From Candidatus Eiseniibacteriota bacterium (GTDB lineage Bacteria > Eisenbacteria > RBG-16-71-46 > DASYSL01): DNA of 64,000 bases. Position numbers and translations under genes: made by a program. The notes below the pieces were generated by a model. It saw only the letters and a program-made list of their open reading frames with translations, was not told where the DNA came from and made no database searches. Below are positions 36,509 to 46,047 of this stretch, one piece after another; the stretch's first letter is position 1; each line of letters starts with the position of its first letter. The DNA lies in assembly GCA_031431875.1 (NCBI GenBank), contig JANPEF010000045.1, positions 11,912 to 75,911 on the forward strand. Direction: 5' to 3'.

Positions 36509-37402
36509 ATGAGCGTCCGCTCCATTCTTTGCATCCTCCCGTTCATGATGCTCTCCGCTGCCGGAGGCCTGTCGCCTTCGCGGGGCGCTGCTGTCTCCGC
36601 CGATACGACGGGGACGGTCGTAGGCCGGCTCATCCGCGTGTCGGACGGGAGCCCCGAACCATACGCCATCGTGATCGTGCTTGGCACGAGACGCGGAGCG
36701 CAGGCGGACGAAGACGGCCGGTTCGTCATCACGCTCGTTCCTCCCGGGCCTCACCCGCTGAAGATCGTTCGCGTCGGGCATCCGCAGATGTTCCGCGACA
36801 TCGTCGTCACCGTGGGCCGCAACGACATGGGGGACATCTCCCTCCCGTATCCGTTCACGATGGCCCCGATCGAGATCGGGTCCCGCGCTGTCGTCCAGGC
36901 GAAGGACCTCGAGACCACCCTGCGTGCGCTGCAGCGCTTCCGCGTGGGCGACAAGCCCTCCTTGGAGGCCCGAATCCGCAATCGCGGGAAGTCGCCCGTC
37001 GTTCTCGTGCGCAGCACCCAGGCGTCGGATCGGTGGGCGAGCCCGCGTGTGTGGATCGACATCACGGGTCCCGACAGCGGGTTCTTCGTGCCACCGCGCC
37101 AGCAGCCACTCTTGCGCGAAAACGACGGTGTGACACCGGGCCATTTCGAGCGCGTCGCGCCCGGCGCGGAGTTCGATCCGTGGGCCGCGGGCTCGCTCGA
37201 CAGGAACCTGGTGGAGGGCCGATTCCTGAAGCCGGGTCGCTATCGTGCGACGTTCCACTACGACACGACGGAGACCAACGGCCGGAACTGGATGGGCGAG
37301 CCGTGCGGCATCTGCGAGATGCCGGCCTCCCTGCGCGAGATTCTCGAGGAAGTGCCGGCCGTGTCGCTGAGCGCGGCGGTGGAGTTCGACGTAGTTCCCT
37401 GA
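36509..37402 (+). CDS. Exported protein with carboxypeptidase-regulatory-like domain
   Basis: AGGAGG RBS, signal, GTVVGRL...ADEDGRFVI...PPGPH pattern. Confidence 0.7.
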   Translation: MSVRSILCILPFMMLSAAGGLSPSRGAAVSADTTGTVVGRLIRVSDGSPEPYAIVIVLGTRRGAQADEDGRFVITLVPPGPHPLKIVRVGHPQMFRDIVVTVGRNDMGDISLPYPFTMAPIEIGSRAVVQAKDLETTLRALQRFRVGDKPSLEARIRNRGKSPVVLVRSTQASDRWASPRVWIDITGPDSGFFVPPRQQPLLRENDGVTPGHFERVAPGAEFDPWAAGSLDRNLVEGRFLKPGRYRATFHYDTTETNGRNWMGEPCGICEMPASLREILEEVPAVSLSAAVEFDVVP

Positions 37403-37412
37403 GGGCTGCCCA

Positions 37413-37871
37413 ATGCGTGCACTCGCCGTTCTCCTCGTCCTGGGCCTCACCGGCTGTCGTACACCGGCGCAGGAACAGCATGCGCCCGCGGCGGATACCA
37501 CGCTCGAGTCCGCGCACGGCGACAACGCCGCGAACGAGCAACTCCCCATGGGTCTCGCACTCAAGGACGACGGCCGCGCTGTCGAACTTGCTGCGCAGCA
37601 AGTCGTCCTCGTGTCGCTCAAGGCGAACCACACGACCGGCTACTCCTGGGTGCTGCGCGACAGCGTCGGACCCGCGCTCTTGCGCGAGGTCGATCCGACC
37701 TACGACGTCGACTCGAGTTCGACCGGAGGCGTCGGCGCGGGCGGATTCGAGACGTGGCGTTTCAGGGCGGCCGCTGCCGGAAGGGACACGATCGTGCTCG
37801 AGTACCGCCGGCCGTGGGAGGCGGACAGGCCGGCGGAGACGACGGTGCGATATTTCGTGACGGTACGCTGA
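37413..37871 (+). CDS. Chagasin/I42 cysteine-protease inhibitor lipoprotein
   Basis: Lipobox LTGC; NHTTGYSW, GAGG and RPWE are the three chagasin loops. Confidence 0.9.
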   Translation: MRALAVLLVLGLTGCRTPAQEQHAPAADTTLESAHGDNAANEQLPMGLALKDDGRAVELAAQQVVLVSLKANHTTGYSWVLRDSVGPALLREVDPTYDVDSSSTGGVGAGGFETWRFRAAAAGRDTIVLEYRRPWEADRPAETTVRYFVTVR

Positions 37872-37933
37872 GAGTTTCCGGGCCTGCCGAAATCCTGTGG
37901 ACGGTTCCGCCCGCTCGCCGCATCGTAGGAAGC

Positions 37934-38458
37934 ATGACAGCCATCACGACGGACCACTTCACCGGCAACCTGTCCCGCCTGCTGCGCGAGACGTTCGAGA
38001 GCCCGCCGACCACCGGCGGCGCGTATCTCGACCAGGGAACGGGACTGTTCAAGACCCTCTTCGGGATCTCGGCCGTACGCGCCTCGCGCGTGCCGGTCGT
38101 GGGCGGGCCGACGATCGCCGCGCACACGGGGCACCTGCTCTATTACATTCGCATCACCCACGCGTTCCTGGTCGGGCGCGAGCCCGGCGCGCTCGACTGG
38201 CCCGGCAGCTGGGGCGGACAGATCGTCGATGCCGACGAGTGGGTCACGCTCAAGAGCGAGATCCGCACGGCGTACGACGCGCTGCTCGCGACCATCGAAG
38301 CGCAGGAGAGCTGGTCCGACGACTCGATCGGCGACGCCATGGCGATCGTCGTGCACACCGCTTACCACCTGGGCGCCATCCGCCACGCGATCCGCATGGA
38401 AGACCGCGCGATCGGCGCTGGCGTCTCGGGACGACCCCACACGGAGGAATCACGATGA
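37934..38458 (+). CDS. DinB-like four-helix protein
   Basis: TIAAHTGHL and HTAYHLGAIR His motifs. Confidence 0.75.
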   Translation: MTAITTDHFTGNLSRLLRETFESPPTTGGAYLDQGTGLFKTLFGISAVRASRVPVVGGPTIAAHTGHLLYYIRITHAFLVGREPGALDWPGSWGGQIVDADEWVTLKSEIRTAYDALLATIEAQESWSDDSIGDAMAIVVHTAYHLGAIRHAIRMEDRAIGAGVSGRPHTEESR

Positions 38459-38877
38459 TCCGCACCGCACAGGCCCGCTGGTCGGGTGAACTGCAGACCG
38501 GCAATGGCAACGTGAAGCTCGGCAGCGGCGCCTACGAGGGCCCCTACTCGTTCGGCACCCGCTTCGAGGGTGTGCAGGGCACGAACCCCGAGGAGCTCCT
38601 GGGCGCGGCGCACGCGGCCTGCTTCTCGATGGCGCTCGGCTTCGCTTTGCAGAAGGCCGGCCACGTGGCCGAGTCGGTGGAGACGACGTCGAGCGTGCAC
38701 CTGGAGAAGGGCGACGCCGGCTTCGCCATCACGAAGATCGAGCTCAAGACGCGCGTCAAGGCGCCCGGAGTGTCGGCCGCCGATTTCGCGAAGCTTGCGG
38801 AGGACACCAAGACGGGCTGCATCGTCTCGCGCGCGCTGTCGGCCGTGCCGATGGAGCTCGACGCCGCGCTGGTCTAG
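38455..38877 (+). CDS. osmC: OsmC-family peroxiredoxin
   Basis: YSFGTRFEG, TNPEELLGAAHAACFSMAL, GCIVSRAL. Confidence 0.95.
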   Translation: MIRTAQARWSGELQTGNGNVKLGSGAYEGPYSFGTRFEGVQGTNPEELLGAAHAACFSMALGFALQKAGHVAESVETTSSVHLEKGDAGFAITKIELKTRVKAPGVSAADFAKLAEDTKTGCIVSRALSAVPMELDAALV

Positions 38878-39115
38878 GCGCGGCGCGCACCCAAACAGCC
38901 CAGTTGACTCGCACCGGTGCGAGTCGATCGGGCAGTCCCAGATCCACGACCGACTCTCCGCGCGACCGGCCTCGCAAGTGGCTGGCCGCGCGCTGTTTCC
39001 CCCACACCTCCGGCTTTCGCCGGGAGCTCTCCTTGACGCCCCACCCCCATCCGGCCCATCATTGTCGGGCCTTGTTTCGGCGAGGTTGCGGGGGTCGGGT
39101 CCACAGGAGGTCGTC

Positions 39116-40825
39116 ATGCTGCGCGTCTTCGCCGGCGTGGGCCTGGGCGTGGCATTCCTCGCCCTGCCCGTCGCCACGTCCGCCTCATCCGCCACCGCAT
39201 CCGCCGTGGCAAAGCCCGCACGCGATCGCGTGCCCGGCGAACTGGTCGTGCTGCTCGCTCCCGGACACGAACTCACGCCCGAGCCCGCCCGTCGCGCGCT
39301 GGCCGCGCACGGCCTCGTCGAGGCGCGTCGCTTCGCCGCGTATGGCCGCACGCGCGTGTTGCGCTCCGCTCCCGGCGCGTCGGACGCGCAGCTCGAGGCC
39401 GCTGCGCGGGCGCTGGTCTCCGCTGGCATCGCGCGCGCCGCGGCTCCGAACCTGGTGCTCGACCTTGCGCTCACGCCGAACGATCCGATGCTCGCCACGC
39501 AGTGGTACCTGGGGACGACCTCGGCCGGTGTGCGCGCGCGCAACGCGTGGGACCTCGAGACGGGCAGCGCGGACGTGGTGATCGGCATCATCGACACCGG
39601 CGTCGACCTGGGGCATCCGGACCTGATGAACAACATCTGGGAGAACGCCGACGAGATGCCCGGCAACGGGATCGACGACGACAACAACGGCTTCATCGAC
39701 GACTTCCACGGCTGGGACTTCTCGACCAACGACGCCGATCCCAACCCGGTCTTCGCGGTCGACTCGCTGCTGGGGCTCGACACGGGATTTCACGGGACGT
39801 TCGCCGCCGGCATCGCCGCGGGCGAGGGTAACAACTTCATCGGCACGGCCGGCATCGCCTGGGGCTGCCGCATCATGCCGCTCAAGGTGTCGGACGTGAA
39901 CACCGAGATCACGCTGGCCGCCGTCACGGGCGCGTTCGAGTACGCGATCGACAACGGCGCGTCCGTGCTCAACATGAGCTTCGCCGGCACGAACCCGATT
40001 CTCCAGGCGTTCTTCCAGCCGCTGATCAATGACGCGGTCACGGCCGACATCGTGTGCGTCGCGGCCGCGGGCAACGCGGGCACCGACATCACGACCTATC
40101 CCGCCGCCTGCGATAGCGTGCTCGCGGTGGCCGCGACGACGGTGGCGAACCAGCGCGCCAGCTACTCGAATTGGGGCTACTACGTCGACATCGCCGCGCC
40201 CGGCGACAACATGTGGTCGACGCTGGCGCGCAACTACACCCGGGACGCGTCCAACGACATCCTGTTCAACCTGCTCTACGCATGGAACGGGGTCGATCCT
40301 TACATGTCCGGGAGCGGGACGTCGTACGCCTGCCCGGTGGTCGTGGGCGCGGTCGCGCTGGTGCGCGGGCGCTTCCCGACGGTGACCGCGCCGTTCGTCA
40401 TCAAGCACATGATCGAGACGGCGGACGTCGTGCCCACCTACGACAACGACATCGGCGGGCGGCTCAACGTGTATAACGCGCTCAACACCTACGTCGACGT
40501 CGCGGACGACGCGGCGCTCACGGCCGGCTCCTGGCTGGGACACGCGACGCCGAATCCGCTGCGGATCGGTGCGACGACCGCGGGCACGGGCGCGAGCTCG
40601 TTCGCTTACCGCCTCACGCGCGATGGCACGGTCGCGCTTGCGGTGTATGACCTGCGGGGACGTCGCGTGGCGGAGCTGGAGAGGGGCACCCGCTCCGCGG
40701 GGATGCATCGCGCGCAATGGAATGGCCGCGACGCGGCGGGAGCGCCGGTCGCAGCCGGGTTGTATCTCGTTGCAGGGACTCTCGATGGAGCCCGGGTCGG
40801 TGCGCGGGTGACCGTTCTGCGCTGA
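39116..40825 (+). CDS. Secreted S8 subtilase with C-terminal FlgD-Ig-like domain
   Basis: Catalytic triad IIDTG / HGT / GTSYACP, AAAGN, and C-terminal PNP...VYDLRGRRVA...WNGRDAAG...AGLY. Confidence 0.92.
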   Translation: MLRVFAGVGLGVAFLALPVATSASSATASAVAKPARDRVPGELVVLLAPGHELTPEPARRALAAHGLVEARRFAAYGRTRVLRSAPGASDAQLEAAARALVSAGIARAAAPNLVLDLALTPNDPMLATQWYLGTTSAGVRARNAWDLETGSADVVIGIIDTGVDLGHPDLMNNIWENADEMPGNGIDDDNNGFIDDFHGWDFSTNDADPNPVFAVDSLLGLDTGFHGTFAAGIAAGEGNNFIGTAGIAWGCRIMPLKVSDVNTEITLAAVTGAFEYAIDNGASVLNMSFAGTNPILQAFFQPLINDAVTADIVCVAAAGNAGTDITTYPAACDSVLAVAATTVANQRASYSNWGYYVDIAAPGDNMWSTLARNYTRDASNDILFNLLYAWNGVDPYMSGSGTSYACPVVVGAVALVRGRFPTVTAPFVIKHMIETADVVPTYDNDIGGRLNVYNALNTYVDVADDAALTAGSWLGHATPNPLRIGATTAGTGASSFAYRLTRDGTVALAVYDLRGRRVAELERGTRSAGMHRAQWNGRDAAGAPVAAGLYLVAGTLDGARVGARVTVLR

Positions 40826-40913
40826 TCCTGGCTTGTGGCGGCCGGGTCTGGCGCCTATGCTCTCTGGCGGTTGGAGAGATGGACCGGGCTCCCACCGCTC
40901 AGGGAGTACACAC

Positions 40914-43238
40914 ATGAATCATCCGCAGTTCCTCCTGCCACACGGCGCGGAGTTCCGCCGCGCTCCCGTTCTCCTCGCGCTGTCGGTGTTCGCCGCGGCG
41001 CTCGTCTTCCCGCCCGCCGGCCTCGCTGTCGAGGGCCTGACCGATCCCGCCGGTTACTGGGCGACGACCGCACCGCCATTCTCATTCGACCATGCGACTG
41101 TCCTCGTCCCACGGCGCGATCTCCTCGTCGTGATCGTCGGCGTGGACGGATCGACGTCCCATGTCTGGGCGCTACCGCTCGCCCACGGCGACTCGTGGAT
41201 CGAGCTCGATGGGAGCGGACCCCTGCTGGGCACCGGTCTCGTCGCCGCCTACGACGCCGCGCGCGATCGCATCCTCGTGCACGGCGGACGCTCGTCCGAC
41301 GGCAGCACGTGGGAGCTGCGCGTCGATCCCGTCGTCACATGGTCGCGTCTTCTGCCGGGTGGCGAAGGGCCTGGCGCGCGCTGGAATCACAGCGCGAGTT
41401 TCGATGCGGAGCGCAATCGGCTGCTCGTCCATGGTGGGACGAACGGGGCCGTGGTGTTCTCCGACACGTGGGAACTCCGTCTGCAGGGAGGAAATCCGTC
41501 GTGGCGGCCGGTCCGCGCGGCGGGTCTCGCCCCGCCGCCGAGGGCGGGGCACGCCGCGGTGATCGACGCGGCGCGCTCCCGTTTGATCGTGCTCGGTGGC
41601 ACGGCGGGCGGTCCGTTCCGCCTCCACGCGCTTTCGCTGCGGGGGCGCTCGAGCTGGAGCACGATCGACGCTCCCGATGGACCGCTCGAGCTCTCCGAGC
41701 ACACGGCCGTTCTCGACGAGGCGAACGATCGCATCCTCGTCTACGGTGGCCAGGACATCGGCGTGAACTTCCACGCCTGGAGCTTTGACCTGGGCGGCGG
41801 CGGCTGGACCCTGCTCGAGCCTCAGGGGCCCATCGCGCCCGGGCGGTTCGCGCACGTCGCGGCCTTCGACGCGCGGCGTGTGCGCATGGTCGTCACCGGG
41901 GGAGGCGGCCCGGTCGCTTCGGGGCAGGAGACCTGGGCGCTCGATGTCGCCGCGGCCCCGCGCTGGCGCCGGCTCGCCCCGGCCTTCGAATCGCCGCCGT
42001 CCTCCTATGGCGATGTGCTCACGCTGCGCACGATGTTCGATCCGAATCGCAACCAGCTGATGGCGCTCGTCGGGCGACTGAACGTGCCGGTCGGCGAAAC
42101 GTGGGCGCTGAGCTTCGCGCCCGATCCGCATTGGCGCCGCATGTTCGACGCACCCACGCGGGACGTCGACGGCTACTTCGACGCGACCCGCGATCGCGCC
42201 GTGATCTTCGGCGGCTTCGGGGGGGCCGGGACGTTGAACACGCTGTGGGAGCTCTCGCCCGGCGCCGCGCTCCCGCGGTGGAACGTCATTCCGACCGGTG
42301 CGACGTCGCCGCCAGCCCCGCGGATGGACCACGTCGTTGCTCACGATCCGAACCGGGATCGCCTGCTCGTGTTCGGCGGCGCCGACCTGCCGATGGCGTG
42401 CGGCATCTCCGTCGACTCGTATGGTTTCGGATTCGGCGCGACCGCTCCGGGATGGGCGTCGATCGGGGCGATCCCGGCTCCCGAGGGCGGGTGGTTTCCG
42501 GTCGGCATCGTGGATCCCCTGCGCGATCGATTTCTCGTGCACGGAGGCCTCTTCGCGTGCCGCTTCCCCGGGGGGCATCCGAGCGGGCGCGCCGCCGACG
42601 GTACGTGGGCGCTCGATCTCGCCGCGCCGGTCGGGTGGCGGCGCCTGGCGACCCCCGATGAGGGGCCGGGCCAGCTCCTGGATGCGGTCTACGATCCGCC
42701 CGGACGACGCATGATCGGGCTCCAGTTCGGCCTCGGGCTCGCGAGTTTCGGGCTCGATGCCGGAAACGAACACTGGAGCATCTCGGATCCCCGCGGGATG
42801 GCGTTGTCGTCGGGCGTTCCGCATGCGATCGACTACGACGCGGCGCGCGATCGCTTCGTGATCCTCTCGGGCGAGGGGATCGTCTGGTTCTATCTGCCGA
42901 CGAGAACGATCGGGGCGAATGCGGTGCGCACGATCGACGAGATGCCGGCGCTTCGTCTCGCGGCGACTGCGACTTGGGGCGAGCCCGCGCGGCTCGCGAT
43001 CAGCTCGCGCGGATCAGCCCGCGGGACGATCGCCCTGACGGTGACGGTGCCGGAGGGGCCGTCCGCAAACCTGCAGGTCTTCGACGTGCGGGGCCGGATG
43101 ATGAGCGCTCGCGATCTCGCCGCCGGGACCCGAGGAAACGTGGATCTCGAGACGAAGACCTGGGCGGCCGGGATCTATTTCGCCCGGCTGCGACAGGCGG
43201 AAGCGGTCCGAGTGGAGAAGGTTGTTCTGATCCGGTAG
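40914..43238 (+). CDS. Secreted Kelch-repeat beta-propeller protein with T9SS-type-A/FlgD-like C-terminal domain
   Basis: Repeated YD..RDR.LV(H/F)GG...TW.L units; C-terminal VFDVRGR...AGIYFARL...KVVLIR. Confidence 0.8.
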   Translation: MNHPQFLLPHGAEFRRAPVLLALSVFAAALVFPPAGLAVEGLTDPAGYWATTAPPFSFDHATVLVPRRDLLVVIVGVDGSTSHVWALPLAHGDSWIELDGSGPLLGTGLVAAYDAARDRILVHGGRSSDGSTWELRVDPVVTWSRLLPGGEGPGARWNHSASFDAERNRLLVHGGTNGAVVFSDTWELRLQGGNPSWRPVRAAGLAPPPRAGHAAVIDAARSRLIVLGGTAGGPFRLHALSLRGRSSWSTIDAPDGPLELSEHTAVLDEANDRILVYGGQDIGVNFHAWSFDLGGGGWTLLEPQGPIAPGRFAHVAAFDARRVRMVVTGGGGPVASGQETWALDVAAAPRWRRLAPAFESPPSSYGDVLTLRTMFDPNRNQLMALVGRLNVPVGETWALSFAPDPHWRRMFDAPTRDVDGYFDATRDRAVIFGGFGGAGTLNTLWELSPGAALPRWNVIPTGATSPPAPRMDHVVAHDPNRDRLLVFGGADLPMACGISVDSYGFGFGATAPGWASIGAIPAPEGGWFPVGIVDPLRDRFLVHGGLFACRFPGGHPSGRAADGTWALDLAAPVGWRRLATPDEGPGQLLDAVYDPPGRRMIGLQFGLGLASFGLDAGNEHWSISDPRGMALSSGVPHAIDYDAARDRFVILSGEGIVWFYLPTRTIGANAVRTIDEMPALRLAATATWGEPARLAISSRGSARGTIALTVTVPEGPSANLQVFDVRGRMMSARDLAAGTRGNVDLETKTWAAGIYFARLRQAEAVRVEKVVLIR

Positions 43239-43304
43239 CGCCGATCCGCGCGCGGCCGGCGGTAGCGTCGTCTCCGGACGACGACCGCCGGCCCGCGGGA
43301 TCGG

Positions 43305-43841
43305 TCAGGCGGGGCTCGTCGGTCCCTTCGCCTCGACGCGTGGCGAGCCGATCACACCGGAGATCGCCGCGAGCATCGTGCGCTCGCCCTCGCTCACGCG
43401 CTCGCCGCCGAAGCCGAGGAAGCTTCCCTCCTTGGCGGCGCTCGCGACCTTCGTGCCGATTTCGTGGATGAGCGCCGCGTAGGCCGCGCCGTCGAGGAGC
43501 GTCGCCTTGGCGGTGAGGATCGCAACGGCCTGGCGCAGCGAATCGAGCGCCATCATCCGCACCTTGTTCTGCGCGGTCGCCAGGTCGCCGGACTTCAGGT
43601 CCTTCAGCTTCTCCTTGAGGCCCTGCTGCGCGCCCAGCAGCTCCTCGCGAGTGCAGATCGCGCGCACCAGTGCATTCTCGCTCTTCATTCCCTCGACCAG
43701 CGCGGACGTGGTGCCGAACGCCTCGGCCACCGTGCCGAACAGGCCGCTCGAGCCGGCGATCGTCACCGCCATCGCGGTCAGCGCCGGCGCCTCGCAGAGC
43801 GTGGTCCATTCCTCGGGTGTGAACGTCGTCTTGTCGGACAT
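43305..43841 (-). CDS. Conserved hypothetical protein
   Basis: AAGGAGG RBS; FTPEEW...VASAAKEGSFLGFGGERVSEGE motif. Confidence 0.75.
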   Translation of the reverse strand: MSDKTTFTPEEWTTLCEAPALTAMAVTIAGSSGLFGTVAEAFGTTSALVEGMKSENALVRAICTREELLGAQQGLKEKLKDLKSGDLATAQNKVRMMALDSLRQAVAILTAKATLLDGAAYAALIHEIGTKVASAAKEGSFLGFGGERVSEGERTMLAAISGVIGSPRVEAKGPTSPA

Positions 43842-43875
43842 GGCTGAATCCTCCTTGATGCCGTGGTGTGGGGTG

Positions 43876-44352
43876 CTATTCGGTTGCGGCCGGCCCGCGT
43901 GCGAAGCGCATCGTGCCGCTATCCACCTTGAGGTCGATGTACAGCGTGTCGCCGCGGAAGAACGTGTGCGCGGCGTTGCTGAGTTGCTGGAGGTACTTGG
44001 AATCCAGCGAGCCTGGGGGGCACATCATGCGCGTCACCGCCGCCGGACCGATTGTGATTCCGCCTTCGGCGGTATAGGTGTACGTGCCTTGGCCGCGATT
44101 GCAGTCGGCGAGCAGTGCGGTCGAGCCGTCGGCGTTGAACTGGATCGTGTACTTCGCCGGACCGGCCGGCGCGATCAGCTCGACGGGCGTCTGCGTCGCG
44201 ACCCACTTCCACGGGCCGTCGGTGAGCTTCGACTGCGGCGCGGCCGTCGAGTCGGCGCCCTTCGGTTGCGGTGACGACGAACAGCCGGGGATCGCGAGCG
44301 AGCCGACAAGGAGGCCGAGGGCAAGGAAGGCCGTGGGCACGCGAAAAGACAT
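43876..44352 (-). CDS. META-domain (HslJ-like) lipoprotein
   Basis: Lipobox IPGC; YTIQF, ADCNR, TRMMCP. Confidence 0.85.
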   Translation of the reverse strand: MSFRVPTAFLALGLLVGSLAIPGCSSSPQPKGADSTAAPQSKLTDGPWKWVATQTPVELIAPAGPAKYTIQFNADGSTALLADCNRGQGTYTYTAEGGITIGPAAVTRMMCPPGSLDSKYLQQLSNAAHTFFRGDTLYIDLKVDSGTMRFARGPAATE

Positions 44353-44500
44353 GAGAGGTGTCTCCGTGGAGGAACGAGGTGTGACCGACTGCGCGCGGAG
44401 GGAGTTTGCGTGCGTGGCTCCGACAGTAGACCCGCCACTGTTCGCGTGCAAGCCGGTCGCCGCCCGCGCATGTTATGGTCCGATCGCGGGAGGGTTTCAA

Positions 44501-44743
44501 ATGAAGACGATCACCAAGCGCTACAGCAACGGCGAGGTCACCGTCGTCTGGCAACCGCATCTGTGCATCCATTCGGGGATCTGCTTTCGGGGCCTGCCAA
44601 ACGTGTTCGATCCCCGCCGCCGCCCGTGGGTCGCGCCCGAGAACGCGACGTCGCCCGAGATCGTGGCCCAGGTCGGGCGCTGCCCGTCCGGCGCTCTGTC
44701 GATGGCGCCGGCGGTCGCGGCCGAGCCGGAGCCCACCGGATGA
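44501..44743 (+). CDS. Divergent 4Fe-4S cluster protein (YjdI/Fer4_19-like)
   Basis: CIHSGIC..GLP.VF....RPW...CPSGAL; GGAGG RBS. Confidence 0.88.
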   Translation: MKTITKRYSNGEVTVVWQPHLCIHSGICFRGLPNVFDPRRRPWVAPENATSPEIVAQVGRCPSGALSMAPAVAAEPEPTG

Positions 44744-45252
44744 GGCGCGCAGGCGCAGTCGTGGCGGTCCTCGCCGTGCTCGCCGTCGGCGACTCGCTTC
44801 CGACGTTGCGGGGCCGGGACCTCACCGGTCACGGGGTCCGGCTGCCGGACGCGACGCGCGGCAAGGTCACGCTGCTCGCGCTCGGTTTCACCTACGACTC
44901 GCGCATTCCCGTCGAGGCATGGACCAACCGATTCCGCGCCGACTTCGCATCCGATCGGCGCGTGAACTTCTACGAAGTGCCGATGATCGGCGGCCTCGGC
45001 AAGCTGGGGCGCGGATTCATCGACGGCGGCATGCGAAAGGCGACTCCGAAGGATCTCCAGGGAAACGTCGTGACGGTGTACGACGACGTGAGCGCGTGGA
45101 AGAAGCGCCTCGGCTACCGTGGCGGGGACCCGGCCCACATCCTTCTTCTCGATGCGCGTGGTCGCGTGGTCGCCCGCCACGACGGGCCGTTCGACGAGCC
45201 CGCCTATGCTCGCATTGCGGCGGTCACGCGAGGTTTGCTCGGCGGAATCTGA
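44740..45252 (+). CDS. Thioredoxin-fold (ATP10-like) protein lacking CxxC
   Basis: VGDSLP.L.G.DL.G..V.LP, FIDGGMR, LLDARGRVV. Confidence 0.65.
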   Translation: MRRAGAVVAVLAVLAVGDSLPTLRGRDLTGHGVRLPDATRGKVTLLALGFTYDSRIPVEAWTNRFRADFASDRRVNFYEVPMIGGLGKLGRGFIDGGMRKATPKDLQGNVVTVYDDVSAWKKRLGYRGGDPAHILLLDARGRVVARHDGPFDEPAYARIAAVTRGLLGGI

Positions 45253-45326
45253 TTCTCACCGCACGGCCCGGAGAAACTCCGGTGCGGTGGGCTCAAGTCC
45301 TTGTCGGACCTGCCGATATCTCTCCA

Positions 45327-46046
45327 ATGGTCCTCCTCTCCCGCCCTGTCCGACGGGTCTTCGTGACTCGGAGCCTACCGGCGCTCGCGCTTGCCACGGT
45401 GCTTGGGCTCGCCGCGGCGCTTGCCGCGCCCGCTACCGCGGGTGTGATCCATGGCACGGTCGAACTCGGCGCCGCGCCCGCGCCGCGCGCGCCGCGCGCC
45501 AACGCCTACCCCGGGCACGCGAACGCGCTGCCGCCCGGCGCCACGAATGCCGACATCGGCGGCGTCGACGAGACGGTCGTGTGGTTCGAGCGCCTGCCCG
45601 CGGGCATGGCGGTCCCGCCTCCCGTCGGCGCCCACCCCACGCTCGAGCAGAAGCGCCAGCAATTCGTCCCGCGCGTGATCGTGCTGCAGGCGGGGATGAC
45701 GGTCGACTTCCCGAACCGCGACCCGGTCTACCACAACGTGTTCAGCGTCTCCCCCTCCCGGCGCTTCGACCTGGGCAAGTACCGCGAGGGACAGTCGCGC
45801 AGCGTGCGCTTCGACAAGCCGGGCGTCGTCCGCGTATTCTGCGACATCCACTCGGACATGGCCGCGTTCATCGTCGTGATCGGTCATCAGCTGTTCGCCC
45901 GCGCCGACGCGGCGGGGCGCTTCACGCTGCCCGCCGTGCCCGGCGGCGATTACACGCTCAAGGTGTGGCATCCCAGCCGCGGCGAGAACGCCCTGTCCGT
46001 GCACGTTCCCGACAGGGGCGATGCCGACGTCACGGTGCGGATCTGA
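45327..46046 (+). CDS. Periplasmic cupredoxin-like plus carboxypeptidase-regulatory-like protein
   Basis: QFVPRV, FPNRDPVYHNVFS, FCDIHSDM (His/Cys/His/Met type-1 Cu ligand pattern). Start could instead be GTG 45363. Confidence 0.8.
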   Translation: MVLLSRPVRRVFVTRSLPALALATVLGLAAALAAPATAGVIHGTVELGAAPAPRAPRANAYPGHANALPPGATNADIGGVDETVVWFERLPAGMAVPPPVGAHPTLEQKRQQFVPRVIVLQAGMTVDFPNRDPVYHNVFSVSPSRRFDLGKYREGQSRSVRFDKPGVVRVFCDIHSDMAAFIVVIGHQLFARADAAGRFTLPAVPGGDYTLKVWHPSRGENALSVHVPDRGDADVTVRI

Positions 46047-46047
46047 C

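Noticed and set aside
44447..44462. Sigma54-like CGGCGACCGGCTTGCA upstream of the META gene (minus strand)
   Set aside because: Spacing fits but the -24 element is weak and such matches arise by chance at this GC content.
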